A DNA stretch of 64,000 nucleotides from an uncultured Candidatus Saccharibacteria bacterium. GTDB taxonomy: Bacteria > Patescibacteriota > Minisyncoccia > Phycocordibacterales > UBA918. Of the stretch, positions 47,584 through 56,412 are shown in pieces. The notes under the pieces are model-generated. The model was not told the origin of the DNA. It did not search any database and worked only from the letters and a program-made list of their open reading frames with translations. The stretch covers positions 16,086 to 80,085 of the forward strand of contig CAYXYJ010000005.1 in NCBI GenBank assembly GCA_964469295.1, given 5' to 3'. Position 1 is the stretch's first letter. Every line of letters starts with the position of its first letter. A program made the position numbers and the translations under genes.

Positions 47584-48210
47584 TTAATTTCCGTACCGAG
47601 CCTGTAGTTGATTCATCATCTCTGCGTTCATCACACCGTTTTGTAGTCCGGACATCATGTCTTTCATATCAATAAATTCGATATCAATTGGTGGCACGAA
47701 CATAGCAGGATCCGCTGTCCATTTTTGGCAATCATACGTAGCATTGGTGTTCGGGTTTTGCAGCCAATCAACCGGAGTGTCTGGCGTATGAGATGTCGTG
47801 GTGGTAGCAGAAATATCAGTAAGATCAATTTTCATAGCTGGCATCGCGGTATTGTTTGATGTCCACATATACATTGTTGGTCCCTGACTAATAACATTAA
47901 TCGTAATCGGATTCATATCTATTGTTGTATCCGCGGTGACTCGGTATTGTTGGCCGCTAATATACGTTGTCCCTGTAGCTGGTACACCATTTCCGGTATC
48001 GGTAACAGAAAAAGTACATTCATACTGTTCGCCACTTTGTAACATTTCCAAAAAACTCGGTTGGTTGGTTGTGCTGGTAGTCGCAACGGTTATCATCTCT
48101 GTTGATGTTTCGATTGGTTCGGTATGTGAAGACATCTTATTTTGGTACACGTACGCTCCACCGCCGATGACAATTAATCCAATAATGATGGAAATGATGA
48201 TTTGTTGCAT
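47584..48210 (-). CDS. Hypothetical membrane-anchored Thr-rich secreted protein
   Basis: The start is taken at MQQIIISIIIGLIV (TM helix). The longer ORF to 48339 overlaps tRNA-Leu and is rejected. Confidence 0.4.
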   Translation of the reverse strand: MQQIIISIIIGLIVIGGGAYVYQNKMSSHTEPIETSTEMITVATTSTTNQPSFLEMLQSGEQYECTFSVTDTGNGVPATGTTYISGQQYRVTADTTIDMNPITINVISQGPTMYMWTSNNTAMPAMKIDLTDISATTTTSHTPDTPVDWLQNPNTNATYDCQKWTADPAMFVPPIDIEFIDMKDMMSGLQNGVMNAEMMNQLQARYGN

Positions 48211-48245
48211 ATGAAATAAGTATACACCGATTACACATTGGGCAC

Positions 48246-48289
48246 CAAAAAAACACACGACGGAAGCAAAGCTCCCGTCGTGTGTTTTT
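48246..48289. terminator. Terminator hairpin abutting the tRNA-Leu 3' end
   Basis: aaaaaaacacacgacgg...ccgtcgtgtgtttttt. Confidence 0.6.
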
Positions 48290-48377
48290 TGGTGCCCAAG
48301 ACTGGATTTGAACCAGCATGCCCGTGAAGGCGCTACCACCTCAAGGTAGTGCGTCTACCAATTTCGCCACCTGGGCC
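48290..48377 (-). tRNA. tRNA-Leu (GAG), class II with long variable arm and encoded CCA
   Basis: Reverse complement GCCCAGGTGGCGAAATTGGTAGACGCACTACCTTGAGGTGGTAGCGCCTTCACGGGCATGCTGGTTCAAATCCAGTCTTGGGCACCA. Anticodon loop ttGAGgt. Confidence 0.85.
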
Positions 48378-48450
48378 TCGTGCTTGATTACTCAAGTGGC
48401 GACATTATGCACGGGAAATGACGGTTTTGCAACCATAAATGGACTGCAAG

Positions 48451-48495
48451 AGTAAGAAAAGGCCGGCGCTTCGCGCCGGCCTTTTCTTACTCTTA
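48451..48495. terminator. 45-nt perfect hairpin terminator after rplS
   Basis: agagtaagaaaaggccggcgcgaagcgccggccttttcttactct. Confidence 0.65.
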
Positions 48496-48499
48496 TCCT

Positions 48500-49051
48500 T
48501 TAATCTTTCTTTTCTTCGCTCACTGGCGCCTCCACAACAACAGCTTCACTTACTTCTTCGATCACTTCAACTGGAGCATCAATAGCCATTGTTGCTGCTT
48601 CGGCGGCAACGGCCGCTTCCGCCATAGCTTTGGCTTCAGCTTCGATACGATTAGTAGCTTCAGTTTCACTTTCGGTAGACATTGAAACCAAAGACATGCG
48701 GCGCATTTGTCGTTTAATTTCACGAGCCACTTTTTCACGAATGTAATAGAGCTTGGCACGACGGACTTTGGCGCGCTTCACGATTTCAATTTGCTCAATG
48801 AGTGGTGAGTATAGTGGGAAAATCTTTTCTACTCCCACCCCACTAGAAACTTTACGTACCGTAAAAGTTGCCCCTGGTTCATCACCATGCTTGCGTGCCA
48901 GTACCAATCCTTCAAAGACCTGCAATCGAGTCTTACCTTTGTCGACAATTTTTTGGTGCACTTTAACCGTATCACCTGGTTTAATGCCAAGCGACTTACG
49001 GTCAGCCATCTGTACGGGCGAAATGGCGACGCCTTGTAATGCTGTATTCAT
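48500..49051 (-). CDS. rplS: 50S ribosomal protein L19 with Ala/Glu-rich C-terminal extension
   Basis: [31 protein letters not shown]...[18 protein letters not shown] is the L19 core. An extra roughly 70-aa acidic tail follows. Confidence 0.9.
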   Translation of the reverse strand: MNTALQGVAISPVQMADRKSLGIKPGDTVKVHQKIVDKGKTRLQVFEGLVLARKHGDEPGATFTVRKVSSGVGVEKIFPLYSPLIEQIEIVKRAKVRRAKLYYIREKVAREIKRQMRRMSLVSMSTESETEATNRIEAEAKAMAEAAVAAEAATMAIDAPVEVIEEVSEAVVVEAPVSEEKKD

Positions 49052-49132
49052 AATAATAATCTATCACTAAAGCTTCTGTCCGTGTAAAACGTGCCCTAAT
49101 CTACCACAAGGAACCTTATTCTGCAATATCAA

Positions 49133-49915
49133 TTAGCTGTCGGCTCCTTCGACCACAATTCGTTCGGCAGCTTCTTCAAAACTTTGCGGGACTGGTGCAA
49201 TAAATCGTTCATGGACACCACTAGGTAAGGTTAGTTCTAAAATGTGGGCATGGAGGGCCAACCGAGCCAAATCAAGATTATTTGATATTTGCCATTTAGG
49301 GGTACTGTACAGCTGATCTTGCACAATTGGGCGGTCGATGGCTTTAAGATGTACTCGCAATTGATGGGTACGACCCGTTTTCGGCTTTAATTTCATATAT
49401 GAAAATGGCTCCCCATTATACTCGCCGGTGGCAATCCGTTCCCAATCAGTCACCGCACTTCGTAACGTTCCCTTGGCACCTCGTTGAGCTGATCGTAGTC
49501 GAAAATCCCGCGCACTGCGACCAACCGGACGGTTGATGGTACCCCACCGTTCGTGCAAGCGGCCGTAGACAAAAGCCCGGTACTCCTTTTTGGTCAGTCG
49601 ATCATGAAATTGTGCCTTCAAGTGTGCATGGGCGGCAGCAGTTTTGGCTAACACCATTACCCCAGAGGTTTCGCGGTCAAGCCGATGGACAACTCCAGAT
49701 CGTTCAAGTGTCTTTCCTTTTGGTGAAACAGTGGTTTCTCCAACCCCGCGGGCAGTCGGATAACGAACTAAAAACCAATCGACAATTGTTGATTCGACAG
49801 TATGATCATCTTCATGCACTAAAATACCGTATGGTTTGTTAATGACCACCACATCCGCGTCTTCGTATAACACAATCGGCTCTTTAAGCTCCAAAGCGAC
49901 GTTTCCGTTCTCCAT
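49133..49915 (-). CDS. RluA-family pseudouridine synthase
   Basis: VVINKPYGILVH...HRLDRETSGVMVLAKT (catalytic Asp motif). Confidence 0.8.
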   Translation of the reverse strand: MENGNVALELKEPIVLYEDADVVVINKPYGILVHEDDHTVESTIVDWFLVRYPTARGVGETTVSPKGKTLERSGVVHRLDRETSGVMVLAKTAAAHAHLKAQFHDRLTKKEYRAFVYGRLHERWGTINRPVGRSARDFRLRSAQRGAKGTLRSAVTDWERIATGEYNGEPFSYMKLKPKTGRTHQLRVHLKAIDRPIVQDQLYSTPKWQISNNLDLARLALHAHILELTLPSGVHERFIAPVPQSFEEAAERIVVEGADS

Positions 49916-50555
49916 ATTGCGTCAGCATACGCGTAAATTCCTCTTTCGTAAATGCTGGCCAGTAGGTATTGGTAAACATGAGTTCACTGTACACCGTTTG
50001 CCACGGCAAAAAATTAGACAGTCGCATATCGCCACCAGTACGAATAATGAGATCAGGATCAGGCATACCAGTAGTCCAGAGCAATTGACCAAAACTGTCG
50101 CTGGTCACGGGCGCGCCGAGACGAACCGCTTCATTCACGGCCGCGGTTATCTCGGCGCGCCCGCCATACGACAACGCCACCCAAATCGTTGTCTCACTCT
50201 CAACGGTTTCACTTTTACTTTCTAAGTCACGCATTTTTGTTTGCAACTCTGGTGAAAAAAGTTCTCGTTCACCAATAATTTTCACTCGAACAGCATGAAT
50301 GTCTCCTAACGCGTGTGAAAATAAATTCATCAAATAGGCAACTTCCGTTTCTGAGCGTTTCCAATTTTCAGTTGAAAAGGCGTAAAAAACAGCATGTGGT
50401 ATGTGATATTCGCGTACCCAGTCCACCACCGCAAAAAATACCTCCGCCCCTTTTTCATGACCGTTTACTGTTGGCAATTCTTGTTCAGTGGCCCATCGGC
50501 GGTTACCATCCATGATAAATCCAACACACGTTGGGAGTACAGAAAATTCGGACAT
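49884..50555 (-). CDS. uppS: Isoprenyl transferase (undecaprenyl diphosphate synthase)
   Basis: IMDGNRRWA...AFSTENWKR...RTGG..RLSNFLPWQ UppS motifs. Confidence 0.9.
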   Translation of the reverse strand: MSEFSVLPTCVGFIMDGNRRWATEQELPTVNGHEKGAEVFFAVVDWVREYHIPHAVFYAFSTENWKRSETEVAYLMNLFSHALGDIHAVRVKIIGERELFSPELQTKMRDLESKSETVESETTIWVALSYGGRAEITAAVNEAVRLGAPVTSDSFGQLLWTTGMPDPDLIIRTGGDMRLSNFLPWQTVYSELMFTNTYWPAFTKEEFTRMLTQYGERKRRFGA

Positions 50556-50560
50556 GTCAG

Positions 50561-50860
50561 TTACACGATAATTGAGAATTCATACAATGGTGACTCGATA
50601 CTCCTCCATTCTACCGCTACTCCTTCCACATTAGCGAATAATGACCCTTCGTGGAGATACTCTACGAATGATTTTAATACTTCTGGCAATCCTTGAGCAA
50701 TAACGTACACTGATCCATTTGGCAAATTACGGACCGAACCAACCAATCCTAATTCCATGGCTGCTTGTTCAACAAAAGTACGGTACCGAACACCTTGCAC
50801 TCTGCCGGTAATAATCGCATGTAGTTCAATCATAGACCGCAGTATACCGGAAATAGTCAT
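50561..50860 (-). CDS. acyP: Acylphosphatase
   Basis: ITGRVQGVRYRTFV...GLVGSVRNLPNGSVYVIAQG matches the acylphosphatase signatures. Confidence 0.8.
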   Translation of the reverse strand: MTISGILRSMIELHAIITGRVQGVRYRTFVEQAAMELGLVGSVRNLPNGSVYVIAQGLPEVLKSFVEYLHEGSLFANVEGVAVEWRSIESPLYEFSIIV

Positions 50861-50919
50861 CCTATTGAAATATTTTTAAAAACAGGTAGTATAATCACAC
50901 TTGCCGGTAAAGAAGATAC

Positions 50920-50995
50920 GGGCGATTAGCTCAGTTGGTAGAGCAGCGCATTTACACTGCGAAGGTCGGGGGTTCGAATCCCTCATCGCCCACCA
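50920..50995 (+). tRNA. tRNA-Val (TAC) with encoded CCA
   Basis: GGGCGAT-TA-GCTC-AGTTGGTA-GAGC-A-GCGCA-tttacac-TGCGA-AGGTC-GGGGG-TTCGAAT-CCCTC-ATCGCCC-A-CCA. The anticodon stem has a G27-A43 mismatch. Confidence 0.75.
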
Positions 50996-51002
50996 AAATC
51001 AC

Positions 51003-51045
51003 GACACTGAAGGGGCGGAAGCTTTGCTTCCGCCCCTTCAGTGTC
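51003..51045. terminator. Terminator hairpin after tRNA-Val, overlapping the 3' end of the convergent GATase gene
   Basis: gacactgaaggggcggaagctttgcttccgccccttcagtgtc. Confidence 0.65.
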
Positions 51046-51799
51046 TACCCTCACGACTCTCCATCACCATCATCGCAAAATTTCGCAGTAATTGGTGAGA
51101 GGCATCGTCTTCAACAAACAATTCTTCCAACAGGCTTCCTTCTGGTAAATACCCTGCCGTCGCATCAATTCGTAACCGTAAATCCGCTATCGTTAACTCG
51201 GGATGAAATTGGGTGGTGATTTGTCGATCGCTATAGGCCACCGCTGATATTTGGCAAACATCACCCCCAGTCATCACGAGTGACGCGCCTGGGGGAACCC
51301 CCGATAGCACATCCGTATGTCCATAGTGGGCATAAAATTGTGACGGCAAGCCAACACACAACGGATGTGTGGCAGTGCTCGAAATTTGTGTAACCAGATG
51401 CGATCGCATTTTTTGTTGCGTCACATCATGAACCACCGACACTCCCTGCCACGCTCCCACCAATTGATGACCATAACAAATACCAAATAATGGTACCGTA
51501 TTGGTAAACAGGTATGCCAAAAGTGGTGACAACACTTGAACAAATTGTCTGGATTGCGCGCGAGCGGGATCATCATTCGCCCGTCCACCATCAAAATCAA
51601 AATCCCCCGACCCGCCCAATATCACGCCCGCAATATTCATATCGGTCATTACCCCAACCCAATCAGACACCACCAGCGCCGACATCGCTATCACCCTCAC
51701 TCCCCCACCCAGCTCTCTGGCGATGCTGTCATATTCTAACTGACACGTTATCGAACGAAGACGAAATTGAATGAGGAGAATAATGGGTGAAGTAGACAT
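51038..51799 (-). CDS. Class I glutamine amidotransferase-like protein
   Basis: FGICYGHQL (catalytic Cys elbow) and a His near the C-terminus (FHPE). The start is taken at MSTSPIILLIQ. Confidence 0.6.
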   Translation of the reverse strand: MSTSPIILLIQFRLRSITCQLEYDSIARELGGGVRVIAMSALVVSDWVGVMTDMNIAGVILGGSGDFDFDGGRANDDPARAQSRQFVQVLSPLLAYLFTNTVPLFGICYGHQLVGAWQGVSVVHDVTQQKMRSHLVTQISSTATHPLCVGLPSQFYAHYGHTDVLSGVPPGASLVMTGGDVCQISAVAYSDRQITTQFHPELTIADLRLRIDATAGYLPEGSLLEELFVEDDASHQLLRNFAMMVMESREGRH

Positions 51800-51951
51800 G
51801 CGACACACTATAACAAACCAATAATCAATAACAATATGCATTTTGCCACAATTTTTGCTATGCTACGGTTGTTGCCCTGTCTCGAAAAGGAAAATCGTGA
51901 AGGATTACATTTGAACAAAGTATATGAAATCATCTATTTTGCTCCCCACCC

Positions 51952-52023
51952 GCCCCTGTAGTTAAATGGATATAACTGCGGACTTCTAAGCCGTTATTCG
52001 AGGTTCGATTCCTCGCGGGGGCA
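51952..52023 (+). tRNA. tRNA, probably Arg (TCT)
   Basis: Acceptor gcccctg/cgggggc (one G-U). D-arm gtta/taac. Anticodon stem gcgga/gccgt, with an A31-G39 mismatch. Loop ctTCTaa. T-arm cgagg-ttcgatt-cctcg. No CCA. Isotype call is moderate. Confidence 0.55.
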
Positions 52024-52073
52024 CAATCTAGCGAGACCTACTGAGAGTCTCAAAATAAAGAAAATCTCGTATC

Positions 52074-52110
52074 AAAAAAGTTCGACCCCAAAAGGAATCG
52101 AACTTTTTTG
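52074..52110. terminator. Bidirectional terminator hairpin (aaaaaagttcgaccccaaaaggaatcgaactttttt)
   Basis: Lies between the tRNA and the 3' end of the FAD oxidase gene. A second small hairpin sits at 52031-52050. Confidence 0.6.
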
Positions 52111-52127
52111 ATCCTTCGCTCAATACA

Positions 52128-53771
52128 CTAAGAGTGTTTTTTAATAGCTGTATGGAGGTACTCAATTTTTGGGTCAACTTTCTTGTGTGGATTAAAGATG
52201 CGGTGTGGATCAAACATCTCTTTTATTTCTTTGAAAATATCGAGAACTTGAGGCGTAAACATTTTATGGAGATAGGGTGTACGAATTAAGCCGTCATTAT
52301 GTTCACCTGTAATAGAACCATGGTATTCTCCAACCAAAGTGTACACCCGATCTGATAATTCATTTACGATTTTTACAAAATCTGGTCGTGTAAAATCCAT
52401 GAGTGGAATGATATGGAAATTACCATCGCCCACATGACCAGCTACTGTATAAAGAAGTTTATACTCGTCAAGAATAGCGTACAGGCGAGGCAGGAACTCT
52501 GGTAAGTATTCCGGCTTCACGACAAAATCATCAATGAATGGTGCAGTGTGTTTATCAGCCACATTTTCCCGTAACAGTTTGAAGCTCTCACGTCTAATGG
52601 TCCAAAACTTGTTCGCTTCAGATTGTGTAGCTGTAATGTGGGTCGCTAAACCAAAAGACTGTAGCGATTTTTCTGCAGTCACTGCCATCATCCGAGCCTC
52701 CTCATCAGTATCGGCAGCAAATTCAGCCATAAGTACAAGCTTTGGTATACCACCCTGCAGTACGAGTTTAATTTCAGGCCAAAAGTCTCGTAGTAGTGTG
52801 AAAGGATTTCCGCCTAGTCTCCAAAAAAGCTTCGGAAATACTCGCAACATCACATTAAAAGTCTTGTCGTCATAAGATTCAAAACTTTCTGGTTTGTGTG
52901 TGAGTACTGCATTAACGATCTCTCCAAGTTGTGAAAAATGTTTTGCACGAAGGAACAGTACAAGCATTCGCGAAGCTGATTTCGGCTTAACAAGTGAGAA
53001 TGTTATTTCAGAAATAATTCCGAGAGTTCCTTGTGATCCAACAAATAGTTGCGTGAGGTCAAACGTGTCATTCTTTTCATCCCAGACGTTCCAAATACCA
53101 TATCCGGCTGAGTTTTTACTGACTACCGGCTTGGCATTTTGTATTTCTCTCTTGTTGTCCTTGATGAGTTGCTCGAGTCGGCGATATATTTCACCCTCAT
53201 AGTTTTGCTGCTGCTTTTTTCGCTCAAGTTCATCACGGTGCAGTTTTTTGAAACTATATTCGACTCCATCTTGCAAGACTACCTTTAACTCTTGTACATA
53301 CCGCTCGGTCTTGCCATAGGTAAGTGACTTCTCACCAGCAGAATTATTTGCCACCATTCCACCAACAGTATTGAGCTCTTTACTAGCGGTGTAGCTCGGC
53401 ATAATTACACCTAACTTGAGAGTCTTTTTTTCAAAGTCACGATAGTACACGCCAGGCTGTGTGACTGCAAACTCGGTATTTACAGCGTGTACTTGATTGA
53501 AGTATCTAGTCATATCAACCACAATCGAGTCAGTCAGTGGTCCGCCAGACATGTCTGTACCCGCACTACGTGCCGTGAGCGAAAGTTCTCCACGACGGGT
53601 ATGTACGTAGTGAATCAGTGTATTGAGATCGGAAGCATCTTTCGGCTGTACTACCATGGTAGGTCTGATCTTAAAGATGCTTGTATCTTCACTGAACTTT
53701 TCTAAAATTTCAGTATCTCGCCTGATATCACCTCTAAATGAAGATGGTATTTCAATTGGTGTTTTTTTCAT
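52128..53771 (-). CDS. FAD-linked oxidase (GlcD/D-lactate dehydrogenase-like, PCMH FAD-binding domain)
   Basis: FAD_binding_4-like ARSAGTDMSGGPL...VVDM, and a C-terminal FAD-oxidase_C-like region. 547 aa. Confidence 0.7.
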   Translation of the reverse strand: MKKTPIEIPSSFRGDIRRDTEILEKFSEDTSIFKIRPTMVVQPKDASDLNTLIHYVHTRRGELSLTARSAGTDMSGGPLTDSIVVDMTRYFNQVHAVNTEFAVTQPGVYYRDFEKKTLKLGVIMPSYTASKELNTVGGMVANNSAGEKSLTYGKTERYVQELKVVLQDGVEYSFKKLHRDELERKKQQQNYEGEIYRRLEQLIKDNKREIQNAKPVVSKNSAGYGIWNVWDEKNDTFDLTQLFVGSQGTLGIISEITFSLVKPKSASRMLVLFLRAKHFSQLGEIVNAVLTHKPESFESYDDKTFNVMLRVFPKLFWRLGGNPFTLLRDFWPEIKLVLQGGIPKLVLMAEFAADTDEEARMMAVTAEKSLQSFGLATHITATQSEANKFWTIRRESFKLLRENVADKHTAPFIDDFVVKPEYLPEFLPRLYAILDEYKLLYTVAGHVGDGNFHIIPLMDFTRPDFVKIVNELSDRVYTLVGEYHGSITGEHNDGLIRTPYLHKMFTPQVLDIFKEIKEMFDPHRIFNPHKKVDPKIEYLHTAIKKHS

Positions 53772-53773
53772 AA

Positions 53774-55210
53774 TTAGTGATGACCTTCGTGACTGTGTTC
53801 GCTAAAGTCCCCGTCAAAGATTGACGGGTCAGCTTTTCCAGTGACTTCAATCGTTCCCCAAGCACCCTTATCGACCCGCATCAGTGAATGATCAACGAGA
53901 ACATATGTCCCCGGATAATCAACCGTAAATTCTACAATCGTGGCTCCGCCAGCTGGAACATTGGTAGTTTGTACATTTTTGAACATTGCTCCACCGATAG
54001 ATGCCTCAGGATAAACTGAATCAAATATTTCACCGACTACATGGAATGAGGAATTGTGCACCACGCCACCATTCCCAACGTACATACGAATTCGGTCACC
54101 GACCTCTGCCTTCATCTTACCTACCGCACCATCCGGACGACCGTTAAAAGTAACGTAGGTCGGAGTGCTGGCCATCATTTTCTTTGCGTCAAACGCCTGC
54201 AGTCCTTTACGACCAATTGTGCCAGTCGTAAAAATCTCACCCTGCATGACATAAAACTCCTTATCAACCACGGGCAGACCCTCTTTTGGTTCAACCAAAA
54301 TGAGACCATACATACCATGAGCCATATGTACGGCCATATTCGGTACCGCACAATGATAGACATACAATCCAGGATTTAGAGCCTTAAAGGTAAATTCTTT
54401 TGTTTCACCGGGGGCAACCACACTCACTTTACCGCCACCACCAGGACCTGTGGCAGCATGAAAATCTACATTATGATGATGGAGGCTTGTTTCATTATTT
54501 TTGATAGCGACCTTTACAATATCCCCTTCACGGACACGGAACAGCGGTCCAGGTACTGTGTTATTGAATGTCCAGTAGTTATGCATTATGCCGGGAGCAA
54601 TCTCAGCCAGTACCTCGGTAGTTTCAAGATAAAGCTCTCTTACTTTACCTCCGTCTTCAGGTGGGGTAGTCGAAGCTACCATTTCCAAGGTGCCACTGGC
54701 AGACAGTGATTCAAGTATTTGGAAGGTTGCGCTGGCATCAGGTGTAGGATCGAGTACCGTAATTGGCGGTGGGACATCATTTGGGTTGCGAGCAATATCA
54801 CTCACACGAGCAAATTGATCTATATGACTAAAGAATCCGATAACGTTTTTAAGTGGCAATCCAGGACCACTTCCTGGACCAAATGACTCAACATAGACTG
54901 GATATTGAAGTGCATAGAGTCTACCGACAGAGACCGATATGAACATTGAAAAGCCGACAAGGATGAATACTAGGGCAATACCCATTGGTAGGGCGTGAAG
55001 ACGCCAGACTGCTCTAATGAGAAAGAATAATACGGCAGTTATTACCATACCCATACCAAAGCCTTGCAACAAGGTGACGTACAGGAGTTTAAATAACTCT
55101 AAACCACCCAGAGCAAAAATGCCGATAGTAATCAAAAGTGAACCTCCCAAAAATATACCTACTACCACCCACGACAGGGTCTTTAAATTATGAAAATTAA
55201 AATGTGCCAT
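53774..55210 (-). CDS. Membrane-anchored copper-containing nitrite reductase-like multicopper oxidase (NirK-like)
   Basis: 3 N-terminal TM helices, then two cupredoxin domains with HHHNVDFHAATG and YVYHCAVPNMAVHMAHGMYG (type-1/type-2 Cu ligands, as in NirK). Confidence 0.6.
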   Translation of the reverse strand: MAHFNFHNLKTLSWVVVGIFLGGSLLITIGIFALGGLELFKLLYVTLLQGFGMGMVITAVLFFLIRAVWRLHALPMGIALVFILVGFSMFISVSVGRLYALQYPVYVESFGPGSGPGLPLKNVIGFFSHIDQFARVSDIARNPNDVPPPITVLDPTPDASATFQILESLSASGTLEMVASTTPPEDGGKVRELYLETTEVLAEIAPGIMHNYWTFNNTVPGPLFRVREGDIVKVAIKNNETSLHHHNVDFHAATGPGGGGKVSVVAPGETKEFTFKALNPGLYVYHCAVPNMAVHMAHGMYGLILVEPKEGLPVVDKEFYVMQGEIFTTGTIGRKGLQAFDAKKMMASTPTYVTFNGRPDGAVGKMKAEVGDRIRMYVGNGGVVHNSSFHVVGEIFDSVYPEASIGGAMFKNVQTTNVPAGGATIVEFTVDYPGTYVLVDHSLMRVDKGAWGTIEVTGKADPSIFDGDFSEHSHEGHH

Positions 55211-55262
55211 GTAACTAGTATATCAGCCCCTAGGTCACCTCTGGCTGAATGAATGGTGTAGA

Positions 55263-55937
55263 ATGTACATACGTATGAGTACTGACTATGCAAAATCTGT
55301 GACAGAGCGAAAGAAATGGGTTTTTGCTTGTCTTCTGTCTTTTTTCTATTTTATTCCTGCATTTTTATATATCTCATATGCAAATATCTCAAGTAGCGGA
55401 CTCATGACGCTATCTTTTGCAACTGCGAGCACGGCATCGTTTTTATTTGCAACTGCTCTCTCCATGGGAAGTATTAGTCATTTCATCGGCTGGCCTAATA
55501 TGAAGTTAGGCTATCAAAAACAGATTGGAATCTTAGCGTTTTGGTATAGTTGTTTTTACTGTATTACACTCACACTACTTTACCCAGAAATATACTGGTA
55601 CGGTTTTTTCTCTAATTTCTGGTCTGCTGATATTTTACTTGGTAGTATGGCAATGATTATTTTCACGGCAATGGTGCTGGTGAACAGCAAGATGATTGCG
55701 GCGCATCTGCAAAGAAAAACAATTATGTTTGTACTTGGTCTCGGATATGTCGGCTACGCCATACTTGTCATGAGAGCTATTTTAATTGAGTTCCCAATTT
55801 GGTCTTTATGGTTTGAAACATTCTCGGGCCCACCACCCGGGCGTCTGGTGCTTTCGGTTATCGCAGTTGGTGTACTGGTACTCCGTCTTGCTGTAGCTGT
55901 TGATAAGCACCTATATATATCATTAAAATTTCGTTAA
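55263..55937 (+). CDS. Hypothetical 6-TM membrane protein (possibly ferric-reductase/YedZ-like)
   Basis: 224 aa, 6 predicted TM helices, conserved His in TM segments. Assignment is weak. Confidence 0.35.
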   Translation: MYIRMSTDYAKSVTERKKWVFACLLSFFYFIPAFLYISYANISSSGLMTLSFATASTASFLFATALSMGSISHFIGWPNMKLGYQKQIGILAFWYSCFYCITLTLLYPEIYWYGFFSNFWSADILLGSMAMIIFTAMVLVNSKMIAAHLQRKTIMFVLGLGYVGYAILVMRAILIEFPIWSLWFETFSGPPPGRLVLSVIAVGVLVLRLAVAVDKHLYISLKFR

Positions 55938-55947
55938 TTTTGAATTT

Positions 55948-56349
55948 ATGTTTTCATCTACTGTCCGTGATGTACTCACTACTGCCAACGCGAAGGCCTT
56001 TGCCACCAATGGTATAGCTGGTATTAATGTTGTCCCTGTATCAATGATTAGAGTAAACGATAATACTATCTGGTTATTTGACTTTTTTATGGATAAGACA
56101 GTCCAGAACGTAGATGTCAAATCGCCTGTGGCGTTAACAGCCTGGACTGATATGAAAGGAATACAAATCAAAGGTGATGCGCAGTATATCACGAACGGAA
56201 ATGAATTTACGGAAGCTGTGACGTGGGTAAAAGAACAAAACCCAGCTCGGGTTGTAAAAGGTTTAATTATCATCAATCCAACCAAAATCCATGACATAAG
56301 TCCTGGCGGTGCCTTTACAGAAAGAGATTTGAACATACATACTCTCTAG
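55948..56349 (+). CDS. Pyridoxamine 5'-phosphate oxidase-family (FMN-binding split-barrel) protein
   Basis: 133 aa with a split-barrel-like pattern (VPVSMIRVNDNTIWLFDFF...ALTAW...GIQIKGDA). Confidence 0.5.
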   Translation: MFSSTVRDVLTTANAKAFATNGIAGINVVPVSMIRVNDNTIWLFDFFMDKTVQNVDVKSPVALTAWTDMKGIQIKGDAQYITNGNEFTEAVTWVKEQNPARVVKGLIIINPTKIHDISPGGAFTERDLNIHTL

Positions 56350-56385
56350 AGCTACCGAGTGGGTTCGATTCCTGCCGAGGGCACA
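56350..56385 (+). other. tRNA 3'-end-like fragment (T-arm plus acceptor 3' strand, no 5' half)
   Basis: accgagtgggttcgattcctgccgagggcaca resembles the T-arm (GGTTCGATTCC) and acceptor 3' end. It is similar to the 3' end of tRNA-Arg at 52000-52024. No matching 5' acceptor strand lies upstream. Confidence 0.45.
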
Positions 56386-56412
56386 AAATTTACCAACCTG
56401 ATTGATTTTGTT

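Noticed and set aside
48211-48339. Upstream extension of the 47584..48339 ORF
   Set aside because: It overlaps the tRNA-Leu gene (48290-48377) and its terminator. The internal start at 48210 precedes the TM helix.
50901-51219. Plus-strand ORFs 50901..51098 and 50935..51219
   Set aside because: They overlap tRNA-Val and its terminator hairpin, and have no coding features.
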